Shown: in pieces, positions 47,578-59,583 of the stretch
How positions within the stretch are numbered: the first letter of the stretch is position 1
Layout: each line of letters starts with the position of its first letter
NCBI RefSeq assembly: GCF_006345805.1
Contig: NC_043005.1
Location: forward strand, 35,402,001 to 35,466,000
Reading direction: 5' to 3'
DNA: 64,000 nt
Origin: Octopus sinensis
Lineage: Eukaryota
The notes under the pieces: model-generated
The model's database searches: none
The model's input: only the letters and a program-made list of their open reading frames with translations
What the model was told of the DNA's origin: nothing
Position numbers and translations under genes: made by a program

Positions 47578-50435
47578 CGGCATCGCATCCGACGTTTTGG
47601 CGGCGAGGTTGGCCCTCGACCAACACTTCAACGCCAAACACGAAGGATGTGCTGTCAGAGCTAGGATGCGTGCTCTAAGGAACGAAGGTGTTGGAGCCGC
47701 GAGAGAGGCCCGGGTGCAGAGGCGCAACAGGGCAACAAAGCCACATTCGGTCACTGGTAGATGAACAGGGGCGCGAATTGCTCGAGCCAAGTAAAATGTT
47801 GTGAGGCCTTCCAGCAGCATTTTGCCCGACGTTCGGAACGAGTGGAGGGCAAGAACGTAGGGTGGACTTCAGTGCCTACCTACATAGCCTACCACGACTC
47901 TCGACAAGAAAGGCAGGGTGCTGCGAAGGTGCCATCACGGCGCGGCGGAAGTGCGGGAAGCGATGGCAGAATGCTCGAGGGACAAATCACCGGGTTTGGA
48001 TGTCTACCCTACGAGCTTTACAATTGTATGCCAGACTTGTTTGGAGATCTTGGCGGCGGTGTACTGCACTGGCAGCAAAACGGGAGCATTCCTGGTTTGT
48101 GAGCCGAGGAGGAGCCGTAACACTGCTGAAGAAAGATCTAAACAAGGGAAATGTAATAGATAACTTTAGGCCCATCACTCTGCTTAATGCAGACTTGAAA
48201 ATTTGGCCAAGGTGCTAGCCAAGAGGTTGGCGCTTGTCATCGAGAAACTGGTCGACAAGGCGCAAACATGCGCCGTGCCAGCCGGACCATCCATGACAAC
48301 CTCCATCTGATGCGCTACATCATAGACAGGTAGTTAACGAACCTGGCATGGGTGGGGCCCTGATCAACTTGGATCAATCGAAAGCCTTTGATAGGGTAGA
48401 CCATCGATACTTGGAGGCAGTCCTGAGAGCGGCTGGTTTCGGTCCCGTCTTCCGCGGCTGGATAGCTGCTTGTACAGAGGCATCCGTTCGGTAATTCGCG
48501 TAAATGGACATCTATCGAGACCTTTCGACATTGCACGTTCGGTCCGTCAGGGATGCCCCCTCTCGGCGCTTCTATAACGTATTGACTCTTGAGCCACTAC
48601 TGCGGAAGCTGGCGACTCTAGGGGCATCCCGCGAGAATGGGATGCGGGACGAGCGTGTCTGCATACGCGGGACGACGTCACCGTCATAGTGTCTAGCCAC
48701 GAGCACATCGAGCTGGTCGGCGAGACACTGAAAAAACTACGAAGCGGTGACAGGAGCGAAAATCAACCGGGGAAAAGTCAGTGGGCTTGCGACTAGGCAC
48801 CTGGAGAAGCAAGCCCATGCCGTCCACCAGCGCCTCCGTCGTGGGACGCTGGACCGACGGCCCGGTTGAGTTGGCTCGGGGTCTGGTTCGGTCCGGACCT
48901 CCAAGTGGAGAAGAACTGGAACGAGAACGAGTAGGGTGGTCACTTCTCGCCGGCAATGGGCCGAGAGGAAACTGTCCCTAAAAGGTCGAGCGGAGGTGGC
49001 GAACACGTACATCGCGTCCGTCATCTACTACCGCCTGACCGTCGTACCTTGTCCCGACCTACCATCACCAAACTACAACGCATCCTCTTTCGCTTCTTGT
49101 GGAAAGGATGCGTCCCGATGGTCAGGCGATCCATTTGCTGTCAAAACCCGTTAAAAGGAGGGCTGGGCATGCCGTGGTTGATGATGCGCAGACACGCGCT
49201 GAGACTGCGACATCTCTGGCTCTATGTAGACGACGGTGAACAGGTGTGGTCGCCGTTTGTGAGGCACGCTTTCCCGCAGCTCGTCTCCATGACCGAACTG
49301 CAGTCGTGGATCAAAAAGAGGCCGAGGAAGGGCGAATGGCACCGCGAGTGTCGCGTTGCTCTCAAGCAACTCTGCCGTCCTGGGTCGACCTTAAGTGACT
49401 TCAACACAACCAAAGCATTCTATAGGGGTTTAGTGGAGGGGAGGTACGACGACGAGCTCGGGGCGAAACCTGGACGTCGACGAGAAGTACCTGACCCGCC
49501 TGTTCGGGACGACTTTCGGGCCAGGGCCCATGGACAACTTCCAGAGATCCCTGGCCTGGCAGTGCTACCGAGAAGCGCTACCCGTTCGGGATAAGCTCTA
49601 CAGACACGGCTCGAGAAACACGGGGCCGACCTGCGAGATGCGGTCAGAGCGACGACGAAACCGTTCTGCACGCACTCGTTCAGTGTCCAACAATTTCCGA
49701 CCTGTGGGCTTATGTCGAACAACTGCTGTCACGTGTGTGGGACGAGTCGGTTTATCAGCTGAGTCTATCGTCAATATTGGTCACGCCTCCTTCCTTCAAA
49801 CGGGAAGGAAGAGCTATTTCATCATCCTTGTGGCTATGGCGAAAGAATGTATCTGGTGGACGCGTCTGAAAGGATTGGAGACAAACACTTTCCTCTCTGG
49901 TCAATCTTCCATCAACTTCTTCAAGTACCACTTGAAAAGGAAAGTGAGAGTAGAGAGGCAAATTTTGTCTAGCGAATGTTTTAAAAAAGATGGGTGAATG
50001 TAGCAAGAATGGCACGTATGAATGACGAAGCCACCTGAGCATAGTCCTATGACCCAGAAATCGAAAACAGAGAGTTGCTTATTGCAAAAAAAAAAAAAAA
50101 AAAAAAAAAAAAGGAATATAAAATGTGACTTCATTGACCGAGGTTACCGTGGTCTTTCCGTAGGCTTTTCGTTCCACGGGAAACCTCACCTGTCCTCCCT
50201 TTTACACTTCATATTGACATTTCTGTGATAACGATCCTATTGATCAATTTTGTTTTCCTCTCCCCCCTTTTTTTTTTTTTTTTTTTAACCCCCCTTTTTT
50301 TGTCCTATCTTCTCCTTTTACGATCCTTTTGATCGAAACACCCCCTTTTTTTTTTTTTTTTTTAACCTTCAAAAGAAAAGCTCTACTTGTAATTTGTTCT
50401 ATCTGTGTGCAGCCTGTGGGCTAATAAAGAAATAT
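47578..50435 (+). mobile_element. Tx1/L1-clade LINE copy 2: 5'-truncated ORF2 (RT + CCHC) with frameshifts, and 3' UTR
   Basis: KSPGLD, NFRPITLLNADLKI, DQSKAFDRVDH, RQGCPLS (about 48546), AYADDV (about 48661, +1 G), KGGLGMP, C..C..ETVLHALVQCP. GC/CpG-rich. AATAAA followed by (TATC)n. Confidence 0.95.
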
Positions 50436-50456
50436 TATCTATCTATCATCTATCTA

Positions 50457-50495
<39 letters not shown>

Positions 50496-50496
<1 letters not shown>

Positions 50497-51234
50497 AGTG
50501 TCCAGCAATTTCCCACCTGTGGGCTTAGTCGAACACGACTGCTGTCACGTGTGGGACGTGTCGGTTTATCAGCCGAGTCTATCGAATATCGTCACGCCTC
50601 CTTCCTTCAAACGGGAAGGAAGAGCTATTTTTATCATACTTGTGGCTATGGCAAAAGAAGTATCTGGTGGACGCGCCTGAAGGATTAGAGACAAACACTT
50701 TCCTCTCTGGTCAATCTCTCATCAACTTCTTCAAGTATCACTTGAAGAGGAAGTGAGAGTAGAGAGTAGAGAGGGCAAGTTTGTCTAGTGAATGTTTTGA
50801 AAAAAGATGGTGAATGTAGCAAGGATGGCACGTATGAATGACGAAGCCACCTTGACTATGATTCTATGAACCATAAAAAATTAATACAGAGAGTTGCTTA
50901 TTTGCCAAAAAAAAAAAAAAAAGACATATAACATGTGACTTCATTGACCGAGGTTACCGTGGTCTTTTCCGTAGGCTTTTCTTTCCACAGGTAAACCTCA
51001 CCTGTCCTCCCCTTTACACTTCATATTGACATTCCTGTGATAACGATCCCTATTGATCAATTTTTTCCTCTCCCCCTTTTTTTTTCCCCCCCTTTTTTTG
51101 TCCTCTTTCTCTCCTTTTACGATCCCTTTTGATCGAAACTCCCCCCTCTCCTTTTTTTTTAACCCTCAAAAGAAAAGCTCTACCTTGTAATTTGTTCTAT
51201 CTGTGTGCAGCCCTGTGTGGCTAATAAAGAAACA
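50496..51234 (+). mobile_element. Tx1-like LINE copy 3 (3' about 740 bp)
   Basis: Near-identical to 49681-50435 and flanked by (TATC)n at 50436-50495 and 51235-51361. Confidence 0.9.
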
Positions 51235-51263
51235 TATCTATCTATCTATCTATCTATCTTCTA

Positions 51264-51305
<42 letters not shown>

Positions 51306-51315
51306 CCTACCTATC

Positions 51316-51362
<47 letters not shown>

Positions 51363-51891
51363 AACAAACGTACATATATACTTAAATGCATCTTATATGG
51401 GTATATACAAACACACGTGTACACGCACACACAAACACGTCCATCTACTCTCTTTCTCTCCATACACACACACACAACACACACACACACACACACACAC
51501 ATACACACACAATGAAAGAGGCGGAAGAGTAAGGGTGTTGTGTGTGTGAGTGTTAGTATGCGTGTATGTATGTGTGTTTAAAAACAACATCACGTCAATG
51601 CAGACCAATTTCTGGAGTTGGTAAATTCTTTTATTCTAACCTAATTGAAGTGATAACTACTGTTGATTGAGCATTGTGCAAACCTCAATAAGCGTTATTG
51701 TATGTACAACTAAATATTTCCTCTGTTTCGTCGCAGTTGTAATCTCATTGTTAACTGAAATTTCACATGATGCAGGCTCTGAATTACAATAAGAATAACC
51801 AGTTTATATGAAGGTTGACAAATTAACACTAGGAATTGAATGTGTGCGTATAAAGATAGATTTTAGGTTGCTATTTATACGGATCGTTCTC

Positions 51892-51943
<52 letters not shown>

Positions 51944-52089
51944 TCATCTCCCACAGTGACCTAGTAAGTGACGTCAGCTATCCGTAAGATCTCCCAGAAG
52001 GAATGTATGTTTCTCTGTTTTCAGGGCCCATATTGAAGCATGTTTTATATATATACATATACATACATATATACATATATATACATATA

Positions 52090-53445
52090 CTAGCTGACGT
52101 ACCCGGTAATTCCTGGAAAAGCGGCGCTTATCCCTTGGTCCTATTCTTATAATTGTCTCTCTAATCCAATAACAACAATACAAAGAATGTAGCTCTTAAA
52201 ACGGTTTTTGCGCATTTACAGAAAATACTGAACTGTTTACATAGGATCTTGTATTTAGGAAAGCGCAATAAGTTGTGAATAACCAAATCATGAAGTCAGT
52301 TACGTAATAACATGAAATTAGTTACCGGATAGTAAGAATTGAATTAAAGTAGCCCGAAAAAGGCTTTAGTGCGTTCCTAGGGTATATAGAACTTAGGAGG
52401 AAATACCAATAATGTATGTATACCAAAATCGTGAAGCATGTTACGTAATAACAGACTAATCGGATATGAGATAAAAGTTCAAAGTAAATAACTTTCAAAA
52501 GGGCTTTTGTCCGTTCCCAGAGAATATAAGCCTTAGGGGCGCTAGTGTTGAAATAGATTAACAATTAATGTAGGGACAGTTGTACAAATAAACTTGCATA
52601 CAGATTTAAAAATACAATAACATGTAGATTATCAATACATTGACAGCACTTACAAATATTACAGTTAAATAATAAATACCTGATGATTTGGTGAATCTTA
52701 TATAAGTTTGCAGAGCTTCTTGATAAACATCATCTTTGGTCTTTCCTTGAGGGGCATAAATAAACAAATGATTAGGATTGCCGAATCTTGGTTATGAGAG
52801 AAAACTGGTTCCGCAAGGTTCAGACTTACCACATCCAGGGACTGTCCCTGGGCCTTGTTAATATGCTCATTGCAAAGCTCAGTTTCAACGGGAATTGCAG
52901 GCGCTTGTACAGGAACAAGGGAATAAGTGGAATTCTAGGAATGAATACAGGCTCTCTGCTTGCTTTACTCGTCAAAATTCTTGTCTCCAAGACTGTTGGC
53001 ATCATCTTCTTTATTATAAGTCGTGTGTCATTGCGAACCTTTGATGGATTGAGGTTTCGAAGCAGCATAATTTTGAGGTGCAAGTTGTGAGGCAGAAGGC
53101 CGGGTGGTGTTAGACTATTCAAGAATCCAACTGGATAATTCACAGCTTTTTCGATATTGAGTACAGTGTTAATGGAATTGTAGATTTGACGCTCACCTGC
53201 CAACTATTCCAGAAGTTCGATGTTCAAATCATCAAATGCCACATTCTTTGGGGTTAAAATGGCATGGGCTTTCAGGCAGTAGTGGTCTGTAAACAAATTC
53301 TTCAGGTTAGGAAGCACCTTATTCATTAGTTCCTTTAAATCAGATACCATATGTTCAGAAGGCAAGCTTTCTCGGCCATCCTTCTCGCCAACCGAAGTGC
53401 CTTTACCTTTTGGGGTCTCTAACACATGTACCAATCATGTAGTAG
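52090..53445 (-). mobile_element. Helitron 3' remnant (PIF1-type helicase C-terminus and CTAG end)
   Basis: AILTPKN..NYPVGFLNSLTPPGLLPH.L.LK.MLLRNLNP..VFIPRIPLIP..KRLQFPLKLSFAMSINKAQGQSL. The minus strand ends ..CCAGGAATTACCGGGTACGTCAG-CTAG|T at 52090. Confidence 0.9.
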
Positions 53446-53789
53446 TAGTAGTAGTAGTAGTATATTACGAGGTCATACGATCAATTACTTTATGTGATAT
53501 TTTAAGCTTCGGGTTGACCCAAACCTTGTGAATGAAATTTGGTAGGGGGGAACCAATATGGAACAGCACCTTTAATTTAAAAGTACTTCTTGTCATGCAC
53601 ACTGTACTACGACGATTCTGTCTCCGAGGGTCACATATAAGGGGACACTTACATGTGGAGCACTCAACCGCTTAGATACAGAAAGTTTAGTTGATCAAAA
53701 CCAATAGAGGGTCATTTACTTGTAGTAGACGTAGGAGCTGTATCATGATGATTATCATCAACATCATCGTCGTCGTCATCAACAGGAGC

Positions 53790-53815
53790 GATATCAATAG
53801 TAGTAGTAGCAGTAC

Positions 53816-53856
<41 letters not shown>

Positions 53857-53882
53857 TAGTAGTAGTAGTAGTAGTAGAAGAA

Positions 53883-53938
<56 letters not shown>

Positions 53939-54077
53939 AGAGAAGAAGAAAAAGAAAAGAAGAAAAAAAGAAGAAGAGCAGAAGAAGAAGAAGAAGAAGA
54001 AGAAGAAGAAGAAGAAGAAGAAGAAGAAGAAGAGAAGAAGAAGAAGAAGAAGAAGAAGAAGAAGAAGAAGAAGAAGA
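53790..54077. repeat. (AGT)n followed by (AGA)n microsatellite
   Basis: Seen directly; source of the poly-S/E/K/R pseudo-ORFs. Confidence 0.95.
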
Positions 54078-54856
54078 TTGTTTCATGTCAGCCCTAATTG
54101 ATTTACTTATAATTAACGGCATCCCAGCCACGACCATATCAGATTTTTAATGGACAACAAAGTCCAATGTATCTATGCTGTCATAAGACCATAGAATGCA
54201 ATTTGAAGGAAATTTTATTGCTATTTTTCGCAGGTCGAACCTACGCAGGGAAGCACTCACGTCACCAGTTATGTACCTGGGTAATTGACGTGGACAATTA
54301 TTTTTTCTTTGAAATACTCACCGACGTTGGTGGATGATTTTACCTTCCACAGTCAACGAACATACCTCTATGCGTCGGACCACCTTCTAGAAATAGCAGC
54401 CAACAAGAACAACAATTTCATTGTTTATCTTTCTTTGAGTCTTCGATATATACCATCTTCTACTCTACAGAATTTGGCATGATGCCCAGTCGATAGAAAT
54501 CGATAGCCTTCTTCTATCTCATTGGAACCACCATCATTTATTTATGTTATATATTACTAAACCATCTTAAGACACTCCAGGAACCACTCGCAGAAACGTG
54601 TCGACACCTCCTCGACTCACTAACATAAAAAATAACTGCTCCGCCCCGCCATTGGATTTCTTTTTCACCTTGTAACAAAACCAAACATTTCAGAAGGAAA
54701 ACCAGAATAACAGAATGAGATAACTTGGTGCTATTCTACCTATTCTGACTGGGAAGTTGACGACGAATGGAGGTGGCGATAGAATGACTTTGAATTAACA
54801 CGTGCACGCGCATACACAGTCACGCATAGACACACAAACACAAAAATGCACACACA

Positions 54857-54901
<45 letters not shown>

Positions 54902-54915
54902 GCGCACACACACAT

Positions 54916-54953
<38 letters not shown>

Positions 54954-54999
54954 TTATATATTTCGTTTTTGTACTTGGTTTGCAACATTCTTTAATGAA

Positions 55000-56270
55000 G
55001 AAAAGCCCCGCAGAACACTGAAGTGGCTGGACTGTACCCACTCAGGACCCTGAGAACAACAGTCAGGTGAAAAGAAAGATTGCACATGCAGTAGGAGCTA
55101 GCATAAGAATCACCTTGAACGACCACATAGTAAAATGTAACTATACATGCAGGTTCAAGGTGCAGCCATTGGTGTCGGTGTGGCTGCTATCTTCATGACA
55201 TGGAAGAACAGAAAACATAAACAATCCTTAGCTGAACAATCCAAAACTCTTTTGCTTTACTGTAGGTATATTCTAGTTAGAAAAAAAGTCTAGTAACTGT
55301 AGTGTAGAAACCGAGAGGGGCATAATGGAGAGCGTCCATCACATAGCTAACTCCATCCACCAAAGTATCAAGGTAACTATACATTACCCCACTTGGCACC
55401 CTAACAATAGACTCCCTGTCCTTGATACCGAAATTTGGTTAGAGATTGTGAACAACAGAATGCAACGCTTCCACTCCTATTACACGAAACTCATAACTTC
55501 TATATATGTTGTTCACAAGAAATCAGCTTTGTCACACAACGTGAAAATCAACAAACTGATAGCAGACTTAAGATAATGAACAACGTGTTCCCCCTATGCG
55601 AACCCTACGAAACAAAGAAACATATATATAGAACTTCATGCACCGTATGCAATTCCCTGAATATGATAAGAAAGATAGGGTTCGGGTATACAGGGGAGCT
55701 AGAAAGAAGTCAGAGAGTATTATATGTAATGAAACCAATTGTACCTACCCTAGATACAGAAGTAAAGATTGGAATAAGATACACAGAGTTTGTGACAAAG
55801 CAAACAGGTTAAACACATGGTACAAAGCCGACAAATATCAAGGATTGATGTTTGTAGAAGCCACAGCCCACGGTGAACTAGCCCGAAGATTTAGGAAACC
55901 TCTGAAGGAGGCCAAACTCAACATTAAGATCGTTGAAAAGTCAGGGAGCTCCATCAGGTCACAATTATGTAGGACGTACCCCTTTGAGAATACCACATGC
56001 ACCAATGATAACTGGCATGTTGGATTAACCTTGGCGTTAACTGTAGAAATAGAAATGTAGTTTACAACATAAGGTGTAGTTTACAACATAAGGTGCATAG
56101 AGGGTGTTTGTAAAGACAAGAGCATGACATACATTGGTGAGACATCTAGAAAAGCATTGCGGAGAAACTAAATGAATATTTGGGACAATATTACGACAAA
56201 AAACAGTCCTCCACACTGTATCCAACATGCCGAAAACCAACATGGTGGCACATTTTATACACATTTACAC
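55000..56270 (+). pseudogene. Decayed Penelope-like element: RT core, thumb and GIY-YIG
   Basis: QVQGAAIGVGVA..LLLYCRYI..RLPVLD..HKKSAL..WYK..LMFVEAT..ELARRF..IKIVEKSG..CRNRNVVYNIRC..TYIGETSRK, with multiple frameshifts. Confidence 0.8.
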
Positions 56271-56613
56271 AAATTCGGAAAAATACACACACACACATAT
56301 GGAACAAAAATGAGCCAAGAAAATTAATTCAGTAGTATGTATATGAATAGCGAAGTCGAATAGATGTTTATTAAATACTATGCAATCTATTGAAATTTCC
56401 TCTACTTCCAGAGAAGGTCAGACAATTGCTTGGTAGCAACTTGGACCTCAATTCCGAATGAGAAAGGTAGATAATCTCAAAAATCATTAATTTTCATAGG
56501 CTGAAGACAAGAAGGAAGCTGTGGGAACGTGTTTCTGCCTTAACAGGCGTCATCCCTACAGATATGCTATGTTGTCTCCAGCAGACGAGACACTTAGACA
56601 TACATAAAATAGG

Positions 56614-56644
<31 letters not shown>

Positions 56645-56691
56645 TGTATGTATGTATGTATGTATGTATGTATGTATGTATGTATGTATGT

Positions 56692-56731
<40 letters not shown>

Positions 56732-57074
56732 ATGTATGTATGTATGTATTATGTATGTATGTATACATGTGTGTTATTTCTTTGAGATTAATTTAAATTT
56801 CTTTTTAATCCTTTGCAGAATTCAGGTCAGTCACTAACAAATGTCGAAGCTCTTTTGTTTAAATCAAGATAACTCGTGGGGTTTCTGGTTATCTGGATTG
56901 GTTGATACATGCGTATATGCGAGCGTATTGTGTGAATGAATGTGTATTTGTGTGTGAATAAACTTGCGTTTATTTTATTGTTGTGCCTGTGTGCAGACAT
57001 ATGTATGTATGTATGTTTGTTATACGTGTTATACTCATATATGTTACATCAAGTCGCTCTAAAATGCTACATAT

Positions 57075-57330
57075 ATTGGCGACAGAGGCAGTATTAATAT
57101 CGAGAGGTAATCTTTATATTTTACTGCGGTAGATATCATGAGAGAACTGTCATATTGGCTTTAGGTGACAAATGCATGCTTGTTTATATCGTTAGCGGGG
57201 AGATAAATCCCTACCAACTCTAGCATTGGAATCTCCAGATCACGTCATTTCGATTTTCCTTGGTCTCATCGGTGATGGATACTCGACCGCAAGAGATAGC
57301 TGCGACTCAACTCCCCGCTAGCGATATATA
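57075..57330 (-). mobile_element. Hammerhead-bearing repeat family F, copy 2
   Basis: Minus-strand motif CCGATGA-GACC AAGGAA AATC-GAAA-TGACGTGA-TC-TGGAGA (57280-57232), enclosed by an 18-bp inverted repeat at 57185-57202 / 57311-57328. Confidence 0.6.
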
Positions 57331-57581
57331 AAAAATCAGTGCCAGAACAGGTTAAAATGCTACCTGGAACATCTAACCCTGTACAATCTGTTGCATGGCT
57401 AGGTCATAAGTGTCTAAACTGGCAACGTCACAGAGCCTACTTCTGGACACTACGAAATATTAATCAAAACACATTAAAGGGCAGCTGAATTCATGGGAGT
57501 CCACTGCCTTCTAACCGTGTGCAATGTTTCTTGCAAATCCCTGCTGATTTGTAGGTTTTCTTTTATGGGAAAAGTCTAAGA

Positions 57582-58155
57582 CAATGGTTCTCAACAAGTT
57601 TATATCTATAGATTTCTTTGATTACTATTCTATTCTTATTTCTTATTTCTTTATTGCCCACAAGGGGCTAAACATAGAGGGGACAAACAAGGACAGACAA
57701 AGGGATTAAGTCGATTACGTCAACCCCAGTGCGTAACTGGTACTTAATTTATCGACCCCGAAAGGATGAAAGGCAAAGTCGACCTCGGCGGAATTTGAAC
57801 TCAGAACGTAAAGACGGACGAAATACCACCCAAGCATTTCGCCCGGCGTGCTAACGTTTCTGCCAGCTCGCCGCCTTCTATTCTGTTCTATTCTGGTGGG
57901 CCCCTAAAGCTATTTGATGTGTAAAAACTAATTTTATATACACTCTTTTCTAAATTCCTATTTTGTTTTTCATACTTGCGTTAAGTTGATCCATGTAAAA
58001 CGTTTGGGAAAGGAACTGCCGTTTCTTGCAATAAATACATGTAAAGCAAAAAACTTTTTCACGGACCCTTAAAAATACCTCTATGGAACCCCAATTTACT
58101 ATTTTGCTTGCATGGGCCTCCTAGGGATCATATGGAGCCTGGTTGAAAACCACTG
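57582..58155. mobile_element. hAT-like MITE containing a SINE A insertion
   Basis: TIRs CAATGGTTCTCAAC / GTTGAAAACCACTG, with 8-bp flanks GTCTAAGA / GTCCAATA (6/8). Confidence 0.7.
57637..57876 (-). mobile_element. Full-length SINE family A copy
   Basis: Reverse complement of 3986-4215, with approximate TSD CTATTCT(A/G)TTCT. Confidence 0.9.
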
Positions 58156-58662
58156 GTCCAATAGACGATATTCTGAAGTAACACCTGAAATCCATGTAAC
58201 TGCCAGTCACCTTGGACTATTTGTCATTGGACCCCAGTTATTGATACTTAGAGAAGGCTATACTTTAATCCAAATGATCTACAGACATCTCATTCTATCT
58301 GGTTCATCATCACTGTCTATTAAAGTCTTCTAACAATGAAGGAGTGGCGATGCATGTCAATTTAACCTGTTGGCAGAACACTCTCATGCATCTACTCTTA
58401 AGTCGAGTGGTAAATTAACCCTGAAGCTGTTGTCATGTTTGTATGGACAGAAGTTACAAATTGCTTCAGCGGAGTTTTCTATGTATGAGTCATCTAAGAG
58501 CGCACACACATATTGGAGATTAACAGGATGAGGCGAATGAACTGAGGTGGTTATCATCTGTCAAGATGAAGCAATCATCACATATGTAAGTATCTATGTA
58601 TGTTTGTATGTATGTATGCATGTATGTGTGTGTATGTATGCATGCATGTATCTTTGTATATA

Positions 58663-58894
58663 TATTTCTTTACTACCCACAAGGGGCTAAACATAGAGGG
58701 GACAAACAAGGACAGACAAACGGATTAAGTCAATTACATCGACCCCAGTGCGTAACTGGTACTTAATTTATCGACCCCGAAAGGATGAAAGGTAAAGTCG
58801 ACCTCGGCGGAATTTGAACTCAGAACGTAACGGCAGACGAAATACGGCTACGCATTTCGCCCCGCGGGCTAACGTTTCTGCCAGCTCGTCGCCT
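58663..58894 (-). mobile_element. Full-length SINE family A copy with TSD
   Basis: TCTTTGTATATA at 58651-58662 and 58896-58907. Confidence 0.9.
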
Positions 58895-59197
58895 TTCTTT
58901 GTATATATGCATACATGTATGCATGTGTATTTACATGTATGTATGCATGTATGTATGTGTATATGCATGCATGTACGTATGTGTGTTTGCATGTTTGCAT
59001 GTATGCATATATGTGCTCGTATGCATGTATGCATGCATTATGTATGCATGTTTGCATATATGTATGTATGTATGTATGCATGTATGCATGTATACTTGTA
59101 TGTATGCATGTATTTATGTGCATCAATCCTCGTTTATCACTGGCCTGCGACAACACGGTACACTAATTATGAACCATGTTACGGTTATCACAAATTG

Positions 59198-59583
59198 GTG
59201 GAAGCACTCCGTCGGTTACGACGATGAGGGTTCCGGTTGATCCGAATCAACGGAACAGCCTGCTCGTGAAATTAACGTGTAAGTGGCTGAGCACTCCACA
59301 GACACGTGCACCCTTAACGTAGTTCTCGGGGATATTCAGCGTGACACAGAGAGTTACAAGGCCGGCCCCTTGAAATACAGGTACAACAGAAACAGGAAGT
59401 AAGAGTGAGAGAAAGTTGTGGTGAAAGAGTACAGCAGGGATCACCACCCCCTGCCGGAGCCTCGTGGAGCCTTTAGGTGTTTTCGCTCAATAAACACTCA
59501 AAACGCCCGGTCTGGGAATCGAAACCGCAATCTTATGACCACGAGTCCGCTGCCTTAACCACTGGGCCATTGCGCCTCCACTC
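59198..59583 (-). mobile_element. Chimeric SINE: family E head with family C tail, 11-bp TSD
   Basis: Head as at 36745-37054 and tail as at 18329/41345. ATCACAAATTG at 59187-59197 and 59584-59594. Confidence 0.85.

Noticed and set aside
48956-49997. 212-aa and 155-aa ORFs as separate genes
   Set aside because: Frameshifted pieces of the single Tx1 ORF2.
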